Shown here: positions 24,769 through 38,700 of the stretch, in pieces
How positions within the stretch are numbered: position 1 is the stretch's first letter
Layout: each line of letters begins with the position of its first letter
Origin: Marsupella aquatica
Lineage: Eukaryota > Plantae > Marchantiophyta
Assembly: GCA_973895155.1 (NCBI GenBank)
Contig: OZ316895.1
Span: 1,564,412-1,628,411, forward strand
Direction: 5' to 3'
DNA: 64,000 bases
Program-made: the position numbers and the translations under genes
Notes under the pieces: generated by a model
The model's input: only the letters and a program-made list of their open reading frames with translations
Database searches by the model: none
What the model was told of the DNA's origin: nothing

Positions 24769-25439
24769 TACAAAATTTGTGGTTTTAATTGAGATTGTCA
24801 TTATAGAAGCAAGTGAAAATCTGTACTCTATGTGCACAATTCTTTAGTACCTTTGTATTTTCGTGGTCATAATGTGCTTTTCTTTGCATGTGTTCTATGT
24901 CACTCCTTAATTAACACAAGATATTAATTTCTTGGCATATACTTTACATGTACTTACTTTTTTTATCATAAAATAAATCAAATAAATTACATATCACTAC
25001 AAGACCAACAAACAAGACATGTTCCAAGATGAACATGCTGTATATTAAGATTTGAACCACTTGTCTCATGTGTGTCATTGGAAATTGCTATATATAATAA
25101 AATAGAAGGCATGCTAAGGAAACAATAGTGTAAATAGCTGCTGTGAAAAGCTAGGCAACCAGCCCTAATAGAGGGGCTCAAAATCCTAGAATTTATTTTT
25201 AGCATTAACATGTATTCAAAAGTGGCTCAAAATCTTAGAAAAGCATCATCTGCTTAGATTAATCTAGATTTGGAAGGACTCAAAATGACAAGAGAGTCAG
25301 TTGCTAATTAAATCTGATATGCACTACTATCTGCTCTGATATCATCGCCAAACTTTCACCCAGCCATTGTCGGGTATATACAGTAGTTATCACTGTCAAG
25401 TCAGCATCTGAAGTACAACTTTTATAACAGCCCAAATTG

Positions 25440-26190
25440 TCCTTTACAAGAAGGAGCAGTCAGTTGTGCTACCATTTTTGGTACTTTACAAGGAGGAGCA
25501 ACCAGCAAGGAGCAGTCACTTCTGCTACCATGTTCAAATTAAATAAGAAGCAGCAGTCATTTGTGCTATCATTGTCCCATGGCAATGGACGACCATTTTC
25601 CCATAGCCTTGGATAGGACGTCCAAGCCAAACTACCAGAACGATACCAAGGGCTAAGGAGCTACCAAAAATTTCCAGTACTTTACAAGAAGGATCAGTCA
25701 CTTGTGCTACCATTTTTCCCTAGCAATGGACAGAACATCCAAAGCCAAAACACCAGAAATACCAAGGGCGAAGGAGCAACTAAAATAAATATTAAAAGAT
25801 AAACAATTGTAGAACCTGAAGGAGAAACTAAAAAGTCAATGTCAGAAGATCAACAACAGTCGTAAGCTTGAATGTTCTCCTTGCTCGAAATTTAGACCAT
25901 CTCTAGGCAGAATTTGAAAAACAGACTCAGAGAATCTATGTCAAAAGATCAACAATTGCAAACTCAGAGGACCGACTAAAATGAATATCAGAAGACCTCT
26001 ATGACTTCTCTGTCCACTCAGTCTGATATTTAGACTAACTCTAGACATGATTTGAAAAGAAGAGACTGCGAGGACCAATATCACAAGATCAACAATCGTA
26101 AAGTGAGGAGAAACTAAAATCAATACCACAAGATCAACAATCATAACTATGATGTCCTCTGTATCTGATATTTAGACCACCTCTATGCGT
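25440..26190. repeat. Mosaic of degenerate interspersed short repeats downstream of the SNAP gene
   Basis: About five variants of (CTTTAC)AAGAAGGAGCAGTCACTTGTGCTACCAT in 25442-25715. Duplicated CCAAAnnACCAGAA..ATACCAAGGGC.AAGGAGC. Four (CA)nAAGATCAACAA motifs, plus GGAGAAACTAAAA and ATTTAGACCAnCTCTA motifs in 25815-26185. Confidence 0.7.
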
Positions 26191-27237
26191 GGTTTGTAAA
26201 CACTGAGGGAATATGACACATATGCCAAAACGGGCCACAACATTTCAGTGCAAGAAGGATGGGTAAACTCCCTCTTAGTGGCCAAGACCTGGTGACTTCC
26301 ACGTCGAGTAGCCTTTTCTCATTTTGTGAAGTGAAGTTTGACAAACGAACATAGCCAAGACCATACATCTACAGTGGAGATGAAGTTTGGCAAAAGACCA
26401 TAGCCAAAGACCAAACATCTACAGTGGAGATTACGCAGACTTCTGCAGTGCACATTACGAGATTCAAGGGAAAAATGCAAAACTGCTGCCATAGCTCGTT
26501 TTGTAAGGGGCCTGTTCCATGTTGTGTCAAGGCGTCCGTGACTGCCCACAAGACGATGTTCTGTCTCCTATTCTCAACTTGTTTTTTCAAGGAATTGATC
26601 AGACCCAATCCATGGGAAAGATCCATAACCAAAGCCAGGTGGGCCAGTACTTTCCGGATCATACTTTCAAATTGGTCATGAGCGCAATTGCGGAGTCAAT
26701 AAAACCCCTGACGATTACGTGTTCAAACAGTTCTGAGACAACGAATAGACGATACCCCAAAGAAGCATAAGAAAAAAAAGTCAGCTTCCAAGCCGTGATT
26801 CGCTACCTAGTCAGTATGAATACGACAGGGCAGTAGACAATTTTACAAGAAAGTACCACAGGCCTTAGAATCAATATTTTCATCACGAACGCACATGCAA
26901 GTAGAATGAGATGCACCTTGCCAAATTTCTTTCCGTATCTAAAAATGTCATATCAAGAGCTGAAGTAAGTAACAACCATAACCTGCATCAGCACTAAGGC
27001 GTTGCACAACAGCGAGCGTATTATCCGAAATGTTCAGACCTTCGTTATAAAATTATCAACAAACAAATCTATGTACAATGTAGCTCCCTGGCACCTTTGT
27101 GAAAGGAGTTAATGTAGCACAAACATTGTTTAAAATACTTGGCCACAATGCATAAAGCATTAGCTTAAGTCTAACTTTGTCTCTATCTCCGAAATTCCTG
27201 TTGACCCATGAAATCTCGGACGGCACCTCTCAGTAGA

Positions 27238-29717
27238 TTATCTGCCAAGCAAGCGCCGCGTGCGGTTGTTGGCACCCTTCACTCTAGCGTTCAGTTCATG
27301 AACATCATCATGCATACGGTCCAAATCACCATTTTGTCTGCGATTCAACAGGACCAATGTTACAATGACAGCCTTGCTACGCACATATTCCTTGTACAAT
27401 CAGCAGAAATATGACAAGGGGCCTTTTATCTGACAACACGTGACCTTAAGGTAGACAAATATGTCAGCTCCTAGGAAGATAACTGGATGAAAGACATGCT
27501 TCAAAGGTGACTTTCCGAAGGGACCCGTTCTTCTCTCCTGGCTGCATACCAAAGTCCAGAAATTATCCAACAAATCCACCAGCAGGAAAGCCATGCAACT
27601 GACCTTTCAATTTCATGTCCCATATTCAAGGTCATGCCCTTAAGGTCACCCAAAATATTACTCAAATCTGATAATGCTTCATCTTGCGCATTCTTGTCCA
27701 TCTGCACAAATGGACGGAGTAGACAAGCTCTCATTAGGAACCCTGCGTATGGACACCTCACAAAACCCCAGGACATAAATTTGCGAATTTGGACATGTTA
27801 GCAACCGTTCTTCAGCTACATAAAATTGAAAACATAAAATAAAAAAATACCTCCAACTGTGCTTGCGCACTGCTCATCCCTGAGAGCTGCTGCGATCGCG
27901 GCTTCGCAGGTGTCTCCCCCGTCAGACCGAGAGCACCCCTTTCTTGAATATTGTTCTTCCGTTTGTACTGATCCGCTGTTCAATTGAGAACCAACATCAC
28001 GATCAGAAATCAAAGTGAAAATACTTGTCAAGGTTGCACCGTAAGGACTTCAATCATCCACGACAACCAGCCAGTCATTACCGATCAGAGAGAATAAACT
28101 GGAGAACTGCAGTGTACTTACGATCGACTTGTGGGCCAGTAATTTTGTGAGCCTTCTTGGGTTTCCAGGTCATGCTGAAGATACCGCCGAGGCTTCCCAG
28201 CAGCTTTTCACCCTGCATTTCATCATAACTCTTCATGTCAGATACAATGCAAATTGGGGTAATGAAATACCAAAGTAGACATCCACTAATTGGACCGAGT
28301 TAAGATCATAACACCAGTACAAAATACTTTCAAAGAGTTTTCGTCAGGTGGAATCAAAGAATCGAAGACATGCAATGCGTTTAGTGAACTGCAGGTTTAT
28401 CCACAAAGCGACAGGCAGAACACAACCAGATCTACAGAAATGCTCTTCTGTAGTAGAGTCAAAACTGTGAAGAGGACCATGTACAGAGAGCAAGTCCGAT
28501 CAACAGCCCAGATTATTTAAAAGATATCCTCATGCAATACATCCGAAGACATTCTGGCATTAATTCACTGGAAACACTTAAGCTTTGAAATAGGACTCAC
28601 GTTGAAATGTTACCAGCAGGTGTAAAACTTTAGATTTCAAGCAAGTTCATGAATTGACTTAGCATGCTCACGCGGCACAAGAATGAGGCCGGAACTAAAC
28701 GAGAGAGCAATTTGCTCATAATCCAAAGTCAACAGTGCAAAAAGCTTCTGTGAAACGAAGTCAACTTACTCGGCCAAGCTCTTCGTCGACACGAACCGCG
28801 GTTTCGTGAGTCCGGCGAATTTGTTCACCTTGATCATGCAACGTTTGTAAAGTGGTCGTGGCCACTCCCTTAGTGTCTTCCGCAATCCTTATCGCATTTT
28901 TGATGCTGCTCGTAGTGTCTTGCGATTTTTTCACCGCATATTGCTCTAGCTCCTCCACACTCTGGGTTGAGAAATTCCTCTGGTCCTGTTGGGAAAAATA
29001 GTTGTTCTGAGTACTCAGATACGCAGGCTCGGCCTCACCAAATAAGTCCTTCGATTGTTGTTGCTTCGACTTTCCAATCCTCTTGGATTCCGTCTTCTCA
29101 TCCGCACCATGACCCCTGGCACCAGATGAAGACAAGCTCGGCAACTTGACATTGCTCAACGAACTGGAAGCACTCTCCTTGATTCTCGATCCGCCCTCTA
29201 CCATCTTTGCGGCAAAAGCCCGAGTGCTAGACTTGCGCTCCTTCACAGGTCTGGCTGCTGACGGCTCATCATCAAAGAGAGACCCCTCATCCAAAATACT
29301 ATCACCACGAGTTTTAGGTTTTGAAGTGACCTCATAGTCATCACTGAAAGGGTTTGAGGCATCGTGACTACTAGTGCTCTGGCTGGAGTGGCTGGACTTA
29401 ATCTTGTTGCCTTTGGCAACATGTTTCGACTGCTTGGCCGGGGAGTCATCATCGTCGAATGGATTCGATGATTTCGCACCGCGGTGATTGTCCATAGCGA
29501 CAGTCTTGGATTTTGTGTGACCATGAGGCTTCGCGTCATCGTCGAACGGATTAGAGTACCTGGTGGATGGCGGTGCAGATGAAGAAGATGAATTGGACAC
29601 ATGAGACCGGGAACCGGTCGAGGACGTAGTCGGCTCGTCGTCGTCCGAATCAAATGGATTGACTATGCGCTGTGGCTTCGGTAATCCGCCATGGTTTCTC
29701 GATGAGACCGCAGCCAT
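27238..29717 (-). CDS. SNAP33: SNAP25-like Qbc-SNARE (SNAP33 family), 453 aa, 5 coding exons
   Basis: Exons 29717-28770, 28212-28122, 27975-27851, 27701-27604, 27337-27238; all GT-AG, 1362 nt in frame. Qb motif QSVEELEQYAVKKSQDTTSSIKNAIRIAEDTK...LHDQGEQIRRTH; linker GEKLLGSLGGIFSMTWKPKK; Qc motif QDEALSDLSNILGDLKGMTLNMGHEIERQNGDLDRMHDDVHELNARVKGANNRTRRLLGR*. The symbol indicates family, not proven orthology. Confidence 0.95.
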
Positions 29718-31215
29718 CTTTCCTTCCTGTGCAACAAAGCTTTCCTCCCTGCTCCTGCTAGTGCTAAAAAACTATCCCTCCTTTTCCAACCTAATGATCC
29801 GGCCACCTGTTCAAATTCTAATCGGCAACCTGATGAAGCGATACAATAATCTCGACTCTGAAGAAGTCCGTGAATAACGCAATATGCAAATCCTGAGGCA
29901 GCACTGCAAATTATCCTGCATCACATCAAGGCGAAACACGTTAGTCCAGAGAGTTCCCCAAAAAACCATGCTTCAAGTGGAAATCCACCTCTTCACGCCA
30001 AGGCCCGACACATCCCGCAGTGCCCGGACAGATTCCAAACTCCATTAAATTCAAGACAGATCATGAATCATGAATCGAAAAACAGAGGAGGGCCTGCCCA
30101 CCCTGAGACAAGACGCCCCTTTCTCACCACCGCGGGGGAGGATGAATCTTACCAACTCCAAATGAAGTGCTGCTGAAGCGAATCATGCAAGTCGAACGAA
30201 ATCAGAACAACACGATCACCTCCAAACCAGAGGAAGCGGCGGAAGAAGAAGAAGAAGAAGAAGACGTGAAACAAGCGGAATCTCAACAAGAAGCCGTTGT
30301 GAGACGCACGAAGTGAACATCGGATATAAGTCTCTCACCTGGTCGAAGCAGCTGCTCTTGCGATGGAGTGTCTCGACGTGGGTATCTTGGTGGGGAATGT
30401 ACAAGGCAGACTCGTTCAGTGGGAGGAGTCCGGCGAAGCGGAACAAACAAAATCAGCCGATCTTCTCATATTTGGGATCCGCGGCAAAGACCCAGCAAAC
30501 GGATACCACAGCGTGACAGAGAGGGCCAGAGAGCCAGACGGAGGGCCGCGGCCACGCCAGGCCCGACCGGACCGGACCGCGTCAGATGAGCTACCCAGCA
30601 GCAGCTCAGGGTGCCGAAGCCGAATCTGCCGAGCCAGAAGAAGTTTCTTCGTGAGACCCTTAAAAAGGCAAAATTCTCGCTCCTTTGTGGGACCAACAGT
30701 TTCCCAAAAGTCCTGTTGTACTTGTGGAGACCCCACTAGGGCCTCTCAAATATAGAGAAACAAATGACCTCGCGGGCGGCCCGGGAAGCACTGGGCGCAC
30801 CCAAAGTGGGGTGCACCCGGGTTTTTTTGGGGGGCTGGTCAACATTGAATGGGGTCGCGGCGCTCACATGGAACACTCATAAGTCTAACCCTTGACCTTC
30901 AACCTTCAGGGACAAAATACAGAGTCGTGAGGTAGTTTGCACATTTTTGCCAACCCTCCTTGTAGGTTACTAAATCCTGGGCGTGACTGGTCGGGCGTGA
31001 CATTCTGTGCCTGACCAGTCAGGATGTTGGGCCGACCCGGGAAAATCTTGGGCATGGTCGCGCTCGCAAAATTTACATATTTGAGACCCCCTCCTTGAAT
31101 GGTCTTTTCTAACAGGAGTTGATAGCACAATTTTTGCACAATTTTTGCACAATTTTTGCCCTAGCTCTATACTTGACTTGTAGGTTCACATTAGGACCAT
31201 TACATCAATGTAAGA

Positions 31216-31653
31216 TCAGATCTCAACCCTATATTTTGGTGAATAGTTACTAATTTATTTTTTAAAATCTCGTTGCATCATTTACATGCCCCTTCACCTG
31301 TAATAAATTTGCCAAAATTGACACACAAAGGAAGCACTGGCAGGGAGATTAAAAAATTGCAGCTCAACTCAACAGTGCTTACACGGTACCCAAGCCAATG
31401 CTGATGTGAAGCACGTTTCCTCCACTGCACCCTCCAACCAGCCGGCCCTCAACTCACGAGAACAAAACATCTGCCAAAATTGTCAAGGGGGGTCCCCACA
31501 AACCTGTCTTTGGTCCCACCACAGACAGAAGATTGATTTGCTTGGGGGAAGTGTTTCCTTTGTGTGCAAATGTTCCAACATACATCAGGTGAAGCAAAGA
31601 GATTTTAAAACAATTTTACTGAGTATTCACCAAAATCAAGGGCCCAGATCTGA
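31216..31653. mobile_element. Degenerate inverted-repeat element (~440 bp, arms ~110-130 bp), probable old MITE
   Basis: TCAGATCT..CCCT..ATTTTGGTGAATA / TATTCACCAAAAT..AGGG..AGATCTGA, AAAATCTC / GAGATTTT, TTCACCTG / CAGGTGAA and CACACAAAGGAAGCAC / GTGTTTCCTTTGTGTG all occur in mirrored order. TSD not identified. Confidence 0.55.
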
Positions 31654-34024
31654 ACACCTAAAGATCTAACAGTGTGGCCGTCCAAACTGTTTGCAAGTGG
31701 AGGGGTATGGCTCACCTCCCTAAAATACAAAAGGAAACCCTCATAGTCCTAGTCTCAACCAAAAATGTTCTAGTCTCGCCTCTCCGCCCTGAAAGGATAC
31801 TAATCGGGTTCCATGCGGGTGGTAGCCACTTGCGCTCCCACAGAACGCCCGATACGGCCGCGCGAAGGAGACGGCGAGAGACACGGCAGACAACAGACGT
31901 GCTGAATATCGGAGGTCCTGAAAGACTGAAGGAGGGTGAGGACTCATCAGGGCCCCACGGGTCGTCCCTCGCGGGTGGGGCTGCACAGTCGACGGCGACC
32001 TGACTGGGCGAGAAGTGCGCCGGAAAGAGAGGGAGAGTGGACGGAAAGAATCTCTGCAAGTCTGCAGTCTGAACGTTTGACTAAAGAGCACGCACACATG
32101 ATTGCTCGCTCTGGTAACATTGACGCGGCTCCGGAGAAGGTGCGAGGCAAGACCGCCACGAGGCAATTAGGTACAGTCCGTAGGTCGTGATCGGTATGGA
32201 CTATGGAAGTTTTGCCATGTCTTATTATTGACCTGGGTTTACTTTTCGGACGGGTTTGTGACTTTCCATTTCTATCTTCCAATAAGTTAAATGTGTACTG
32301 ATTGTGTACGGTCGTGTTGAGTTGGGAAGTTGATAATTGCACATCAAAATCTATAACTATAACAGGCGCAATTTACAACTATAACAGGCAATGTTATCAT
32401 TTTAGTACTTCGTCCTATTACAAAATGCACTGTCCTTGGGAATCAAATTGACTGCTAGATATTTGAGTGTATTTTTTGTATTAGTTTGATTCACTTGCAA
32501 GGGCTCCCATGCCCCACAACACCATCCGTTCCCTCGCCTCACTCTACGTTTGCCTCGTGCCTACGCCTGCCTCTATGCCTTGCTCTCGAATACTTGCCTC
32601 GCGTCCGCCATCAATGAGGAGATAACGCCAATGCCTCATTCCCTCTCCCCTCTGTGACTCTGTGCCTCTCACAATTTCAATTAATGGACCTTATCAATTC
32701 CCTCCCTCCCTCGTGAATGCTCCCTCCAATGCCTCCGTCAGTCCATTCCTTCCCCTCCCCTCCATGCCTTCATTAATTATGGACCGGCTGGCCCTCCTTG
32801 CGCTGCAATGCACAAGCATAGGGCTCGTATAACATATATATAGTATATGACATGGCTCTATACCATGATAAATGTGTTTTTTTTCTTTAAACTAGCGAAT
32901 GCATACATTACAGTACCACATTGATGTGTCATTATCAGGGAAGTTGGTCATGACTTATTACTGATCTGGGTTTACTTTTTGGGTAATTTTTTACTTTAAA
33001 TTTCTTTCTTGCAATATTTTAAAATGTATACTCCATAAGTTGAGATGGATCCAGATATTTGACAAGCAAGTCAGATGGATGTGATAACCACTTTACCATT
33101 TTCAAACATTGCTTTGAACTCAAACAATATTTCCCCTCTATAAGTGAGCACAATGGCAGGTGAGACTTTTTGGGTCTCAAGGGTCTTTAACGTGAGTTGG
33201 AGTTTGACTTCCCCACTTCCAAACGGGGTGGTGGGGTACCATGGCGGACCCAGGGACCCTCCATTGTGCTCAAATGGTCACATATTAAGTTTATCGAAGC
33301 TACTGACTAGGTGGGGACATCAAGAATGAATTTTCAATATTTCTAGCTTTTTGTAAACGTGGGACATCAACAATCTGAAGCTCTGGTCCTGCCATTGCAC
33401 TGTTTGTTGCTACCAAACATTCTTCAGAAGCAAGTGGGGTATGCAATGGCAAGGTTGGGCTGGGCTGGGCTGGGCAAGGCTCACTATATTTTTGGGGAGG
33501 GTGACTGCGGCCATGAGGACATGGCAGAGTGAGTGAGAAGGGTTTTTATTCTTACTTTTTGCTTTTTTTCTCCTTCACCCCTCCCCCCGCCCTCCTCCCT
33601 TGATGCCTCACAAACCCTAAACTAATGTTCGTGCATTGCACACTCTGATTGTGGCAGTGTGGTTTTTACCATCATGTTGTTGAGTGTGCAAAAAATAATC
33701 AAAGATTAGAATCTTTCATCTAGATAATTATGATGCATAGATAAATTGTTTTTAACAGACAAATGTGAGGCCACACGTATTATAAGCACACTAGCCCAAT
33801 ACCCGTGTGAAGTTCCACACTGCCTCGTATAGTTTGAATTGGTTGCATGGGAGGATGACTTGTCATCAAATTTGGTTTGAATTAGGAACTAGCTTGTCTG
33901 AATGAATGCTTGAATGTCATCAATGAGTCTTTCTCACATGTTGTAGTTTGCGTGACATGTTGTAAGAGACTCATCATATACAAAATGGGGTCCAGGAGAA
34001 TGGGTCACCTTGAAGGTGCAAAAT

Positions 34025-34174
34025 GCTTTCCAGTAATTGCACATCAAAATGTGACAATATATGGTGTATGATAACACCATTCCATGATAAACCCAATTAT
34101 TCTCTTTAAATCACATAGTGTTATTCATTGTACACCCTATAATGTCACATGTTGATGTGCAATTACCGGAATGC
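34025..34174. mobile_element. Small inverted-repeat element (~150 bp, MITE-like)
   Basis: GCTTTCCAGTAATTGCACATCAAAATGTGACA at the left pairs with TGTCACATGTTGATGTGCAATTACCGGAATGC at the right. Related partial copies lie at ~32333, ~32860-32940 and 9737-10016. Confidence 0.65.
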
Positions 34175-35706
34175 GCGAAACATGATTGCCCTATTCTATG
34201 CCATAAAAATATTGAATAAATTTGTTTAATATCCTCCTGAAAAATAGACTAAGTTGCAGCTTGGAGTGGAGTTACTTGGAACTGAGCTGCACTATCTGAT
34301 TATGTCTTCTCTATCCATTTGATATAAATGTCTAGACTTAGAATGTAGTTGGCAATTCATTCATCTTAAAAGATTGTCAAACCTAAACGCTCTGCATAAC
34401 AACAAAACAAGTCATCAAACAGAACTCTCCGAACTCAAATCCTTTACTAAGTCCTGTCCACATGGATGGAAAATCAATTCACATAAGCTCTAAGTCAATT
34501 GGCAGCTTAGATTTTCTTACAGTCGTGCTCAAATAATTGAATGATCAATCCCCTTTTAAAACTCTATTCTAGCTGGTCCACACAAATCACTTGGCGATAG
34601 CTCAAAAGTCCACTGAATTATATTTATCTATACTACATATACGTACATACAATAAGTTATCAAGGTTCTGAGAGTTCATTTGCTTGGATCTGTGGAGCTA
34701 CGATGATACAGGAGGGACGTTTTAGTGCACATCAAAAGAAGTAATAGCTTGGCTTACAGACAGGGTAAATTGGCTTCCTAAAAAATCCAGGACAGGGCTG
34801 CAGTAGCTCCATATCTAATTTTACAGAATACTAGCCCAAAGAAGCTAGGAGAGGGTTACAATAGCTCCATAGGTACAGTAAATTTACAAAATACTACTCC
34901 TAATAAGGGCGCATATGCATCGGCAAGGCTCTTCTTTAGTCACAAGCATAATCTAAACATCGAATTAAAATCTTAGAATTCTTTGTTACATACAAACATA
35001 CTTCAGATATTAAAAAAAAACATTTGTTACCAAAGGCAGGGCTCATTTACCTAACCCCTTATGCCTTTCTCTGATCATAATAGAAAAGTTTTATTACATT
35101 CCTTACTCAAAAGCATAGTTTAAATATCAGATTAAAATTCCATGCCCCTTAGTTACTCATAAGTACACTCTAAATATGGCATTCTTTTGTTACCATAGGC
35201 AGGGCTCTCTTACCCAACTCCCCATGCCGTTCCTAACTCACATCACAGGCTAAATATTAAACTTTATGCCGTTCCTTACTCAAATCAAAAGTAGAATCTA
35301 AATATCAAACTAAAAGTTATGTCCTTCCTTAGTCACATGTATACTCTTAGAACTATAGAAAAAAGGCGTTACCACCCTTTGGCTTCACTCGCACTCAGTC
35401 TATATATCAAAAACAGCGCACTCTATATATCAAAAAAAGGGTTACCACCCAATGGCTTCACTCTACTCAAATGGAAGACTTCAGATGGCTAGTTACAATA
35501 TAGATAGATAGATAGATGATATTATTATGTTAGGGTAATTCCTCAGGTTATTGACAGGTTTAGTCATGTTCCTAAACAGACTAATAAGCCTGAATTAGTT
35601 TCGGAGTGGACGGTTCAATAGGAGTGGCAGTGACAGAAAAGGCCGTGCACTGTTTTCGGCGAAAACCGAAAAGCCTGCACTTCTAGACATTCGTGAAATA
35701 GACAAT

Positions 35707-38700
35707 TCAGTGCACATGGTGAGGAGAAAACGAGGCAGATCGTTCGTCATGAAAAAACGAAGGGTGACGCTTAATGCGCGGGATGGAAAGCGGAGTCCGT
35801 TGAACAGCTACCTGGTGACGAGAGTGCTGCTCCTCCTCCTCTTGGCTGACCTCTCGTCCTGCCAAGAGAGGTTGAGTGAGGCCAGAAGCGGAAGACGGGA
35901 ATGGAGGATCCTCAATTGTAGACTCCTCGTCTCCGTTCGCCGCCGCAGCTTCAATGGCATCCCGCCTCCTATGTTCAACTTGTCCCCACGTTACCAGGTA
36001 TAAACCAGCCACCGCTCCTACCCCTCCAATCGTGCTGCAGGAACAAATTTTCATCAACTTATGCACGGCTACTTGCTACTCCCTTAGCTACAACGAAAGT
36101 GGTCCGAAATCGTGTACACACATCTGGAAGAGCTTATGCATGGCTACTTGTTACTGCTTTCTTTGCAACCAAAATGGTCCGAAAATGTGCAGACAGATCT
36201 GGAACACTAGATCTGGAAGACTGACAGTCAAGAAATTGGGCTTGGTCTTATTGCTGTGATTTTCTTTAGCTCGGATCGCGTTCTATGTTAATATTCCTCT
36301 ACCATACTTAGTATATGCTAAGAGACAACATCGATCGGTCTCTGACAAAAATCAGCAGTAATGGGTTGTAGCGAAGGCGCTTAGAGTTACACAGACTACG
36401 AAAAACGAATGTAGAACAAAAAATGTCAGGGTGTGTTGTACATCCATGCCCACAAAGTATATATAATTTATATCATACCTTCCCAAGTACAAGGAGTCGC
36501 CCAGTAACGCAATCGAGAAGATCGCCACAATGATTGTCTGAACTGGCGTGTAAAGAGATACCAGAAGAGGTCCGCCTTTTTGGATCGCCCATGACTGCAA
36601 GGAGAAGTTAATCCCCGACGAAATCACTCCCTGCAAGCCATCATTGCAGTACATGCACACAATGTCAACATAATAGCCATGCCAGCCTCCCCAAGAGAGC
36701 CTCGTGTCACACCTGTTACAAAACTCCCTTACTTCGCCAATTCGCAGTCTGAAGCAACTGAAGGAGTGTGACACCATTGTGCATAGTTTCTCAGGCTCAA
36801 CTTCGCAGTCTGAAGCAACTGGAGTGTGACACCATTGTGCATAGTTTCTCAGTCTCAACGAAAAGCAACACGTGACCTCTAAGAGCTCGATCATAGCAAC
36901 TCTCTGGAACAACGAGTTAGTGCTACAATAGATTCCACGCGTGCGCGAGGAAACTTCAACTTACAGCATAGAGGACACTGAGGACTTGAGGACCCCACGT
37001 CAGGGACCAATCGATCTTTCCACCCGTGAATACTAGCATGATGACTCCGACTTGGAGGGAACCAAAGAAGTAAGTGTAGGCTGTGATCGTCAGCGGCGTT
37101 GGACAGACCTTTAAAATGGGAGCCTGCATAACATGCCCGTGTCGGGCTCGTGCTTCAGAGTAAGAAAAAGTAAAGAAAATGTGCAGCCATGAAACATACA
37201 ACTGACAGCACGCGAATTTTGGTGGGATACATGATTGATTCAACTGCTTGATCGACAGATCGAGATGAAAGGGGGTCCCAAAGTACTTCATCTAGAACGA
37301 TGCTTTCAATTGTACGTTGCATTGTTATCCGATCCTCCAGTAGATGCTAGTATTATCTTTTGAAGTTCATGCTGGATGTTGTCTAGTATAGCAACTTCTA
37401 AGCAATAAATTACCAATGGTCTTAGAAGGTCACCAGCAGTACGACGTTTCCCAGATTAGACCTCTCTCTCGCCCTCTCTCTCCCTTTAGATATATATCAT
37501 AATTCGTAAAGGCTTAAACGATAGGAGTAAAGCAAGTGTAAGTTGAAAGAGAAGTACCTGCATGATTAAGTAAGCAGCCCAGGAGACACAGTTGATGAGA
37601 AGTAAGATGCTTCCTAGTCGAAATTTATCGATTCCCCATTGAAGGGCATGAGATCCGAGCATTTCGCCCAGCAAAGCTTTTACCCGAAGATCATCCTCGT
37701 CTGCATCTTCTTCATTCCAGCCCTTGATCACTTTAGGGCCCTTCCACACAGACATTACCAAAGCCCCCACGACACACACTATGGTACCCAACACCTTCGC
37801 TTGTCCGTCTATTCTCCGGAGTCGCACCTGCTCGAGCCTGTAAATCAACTCACGATTCCAAACTTGGGTATTAGGGCTTGAACCGCCAGATTTCCAAGAT
37901 TAGTATTGTACAGATTCAAGCACAAGATTAGTCTAAACAGTGCTTGAATGAGCATTACAACCCAGGAGTCAAGTCCTTAATTATATGCTCATTCCACATA
38001 ATCTTCTATCGCCATCCAGTAGCAGATTGGATAACAGGCATTTGCCCTATCTCTTCCCAATATCCCAATATATTGAGGATCTTATTTTCAATATCTGATT
38101 AAAGAAGGTGTCCAACCGTCTCTCTGTTTGAAACTTGCTCTGGATTTGAGAATGATTCAGAAAGTTCGTAGCCACGACTTACAATCCATGGCCCGATCAT
38201 CGATATATCACCTGGGATTTTGAAAATTCTTTTGTCTTTAAATTAACCTTACTAATGACAGTAGGTACATTGATTGACTGGTGCATAATACAAGAGCCCG
38301 TGACAACAGTCAAAAGACTTTGTAGTGCCTCTTGCCCAAGTTTTAAGAAACTTCAGGGGCAATTACTTCGATTTGAGTGAATATTTCGAACCTCGAAAAA
38401 GAGTAAATAATTGAGTCATGGTCTTCTTTTGCTTCGAAAGGAGGTAAAGGGGACCCAATAACGGCTCTCTTCTCGAAACATTCTTTTGCTTCCTTAAATT
38501 TAGAGGTCCTTAATTTTCCATTACCCTAAACAACTAATCGTGTTTCTGCCCACTTGGAACTTGCTGTGTACATTGAGATCGGAATCGAAGTTAAAATACA
38601 GCTAATGATGTACTTCACAGATTGCTCAGTCTTCCAGTCAAACTAAGTCGAAAGTGGTCACCCAGTCCGAAACATATGCACTAAGCTCTAGCATTAAGGT

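Noticed and set aside
25440-26190. Interspersed ~25-30-bp repeats with intervening sequence, superficially CRISPR-like
   Set aside because: Repeats are degenerate, spacing is irregular, intervening segments are themselves duplicated, there are no cas genes and the context is a plant nuclear genome.
30216-32342. Overlapping ORFs upstream of the SNAP gene
   Set aside because: GC-rich promoter/leader and repeat-derived sequence; no domain recognised in any frame.
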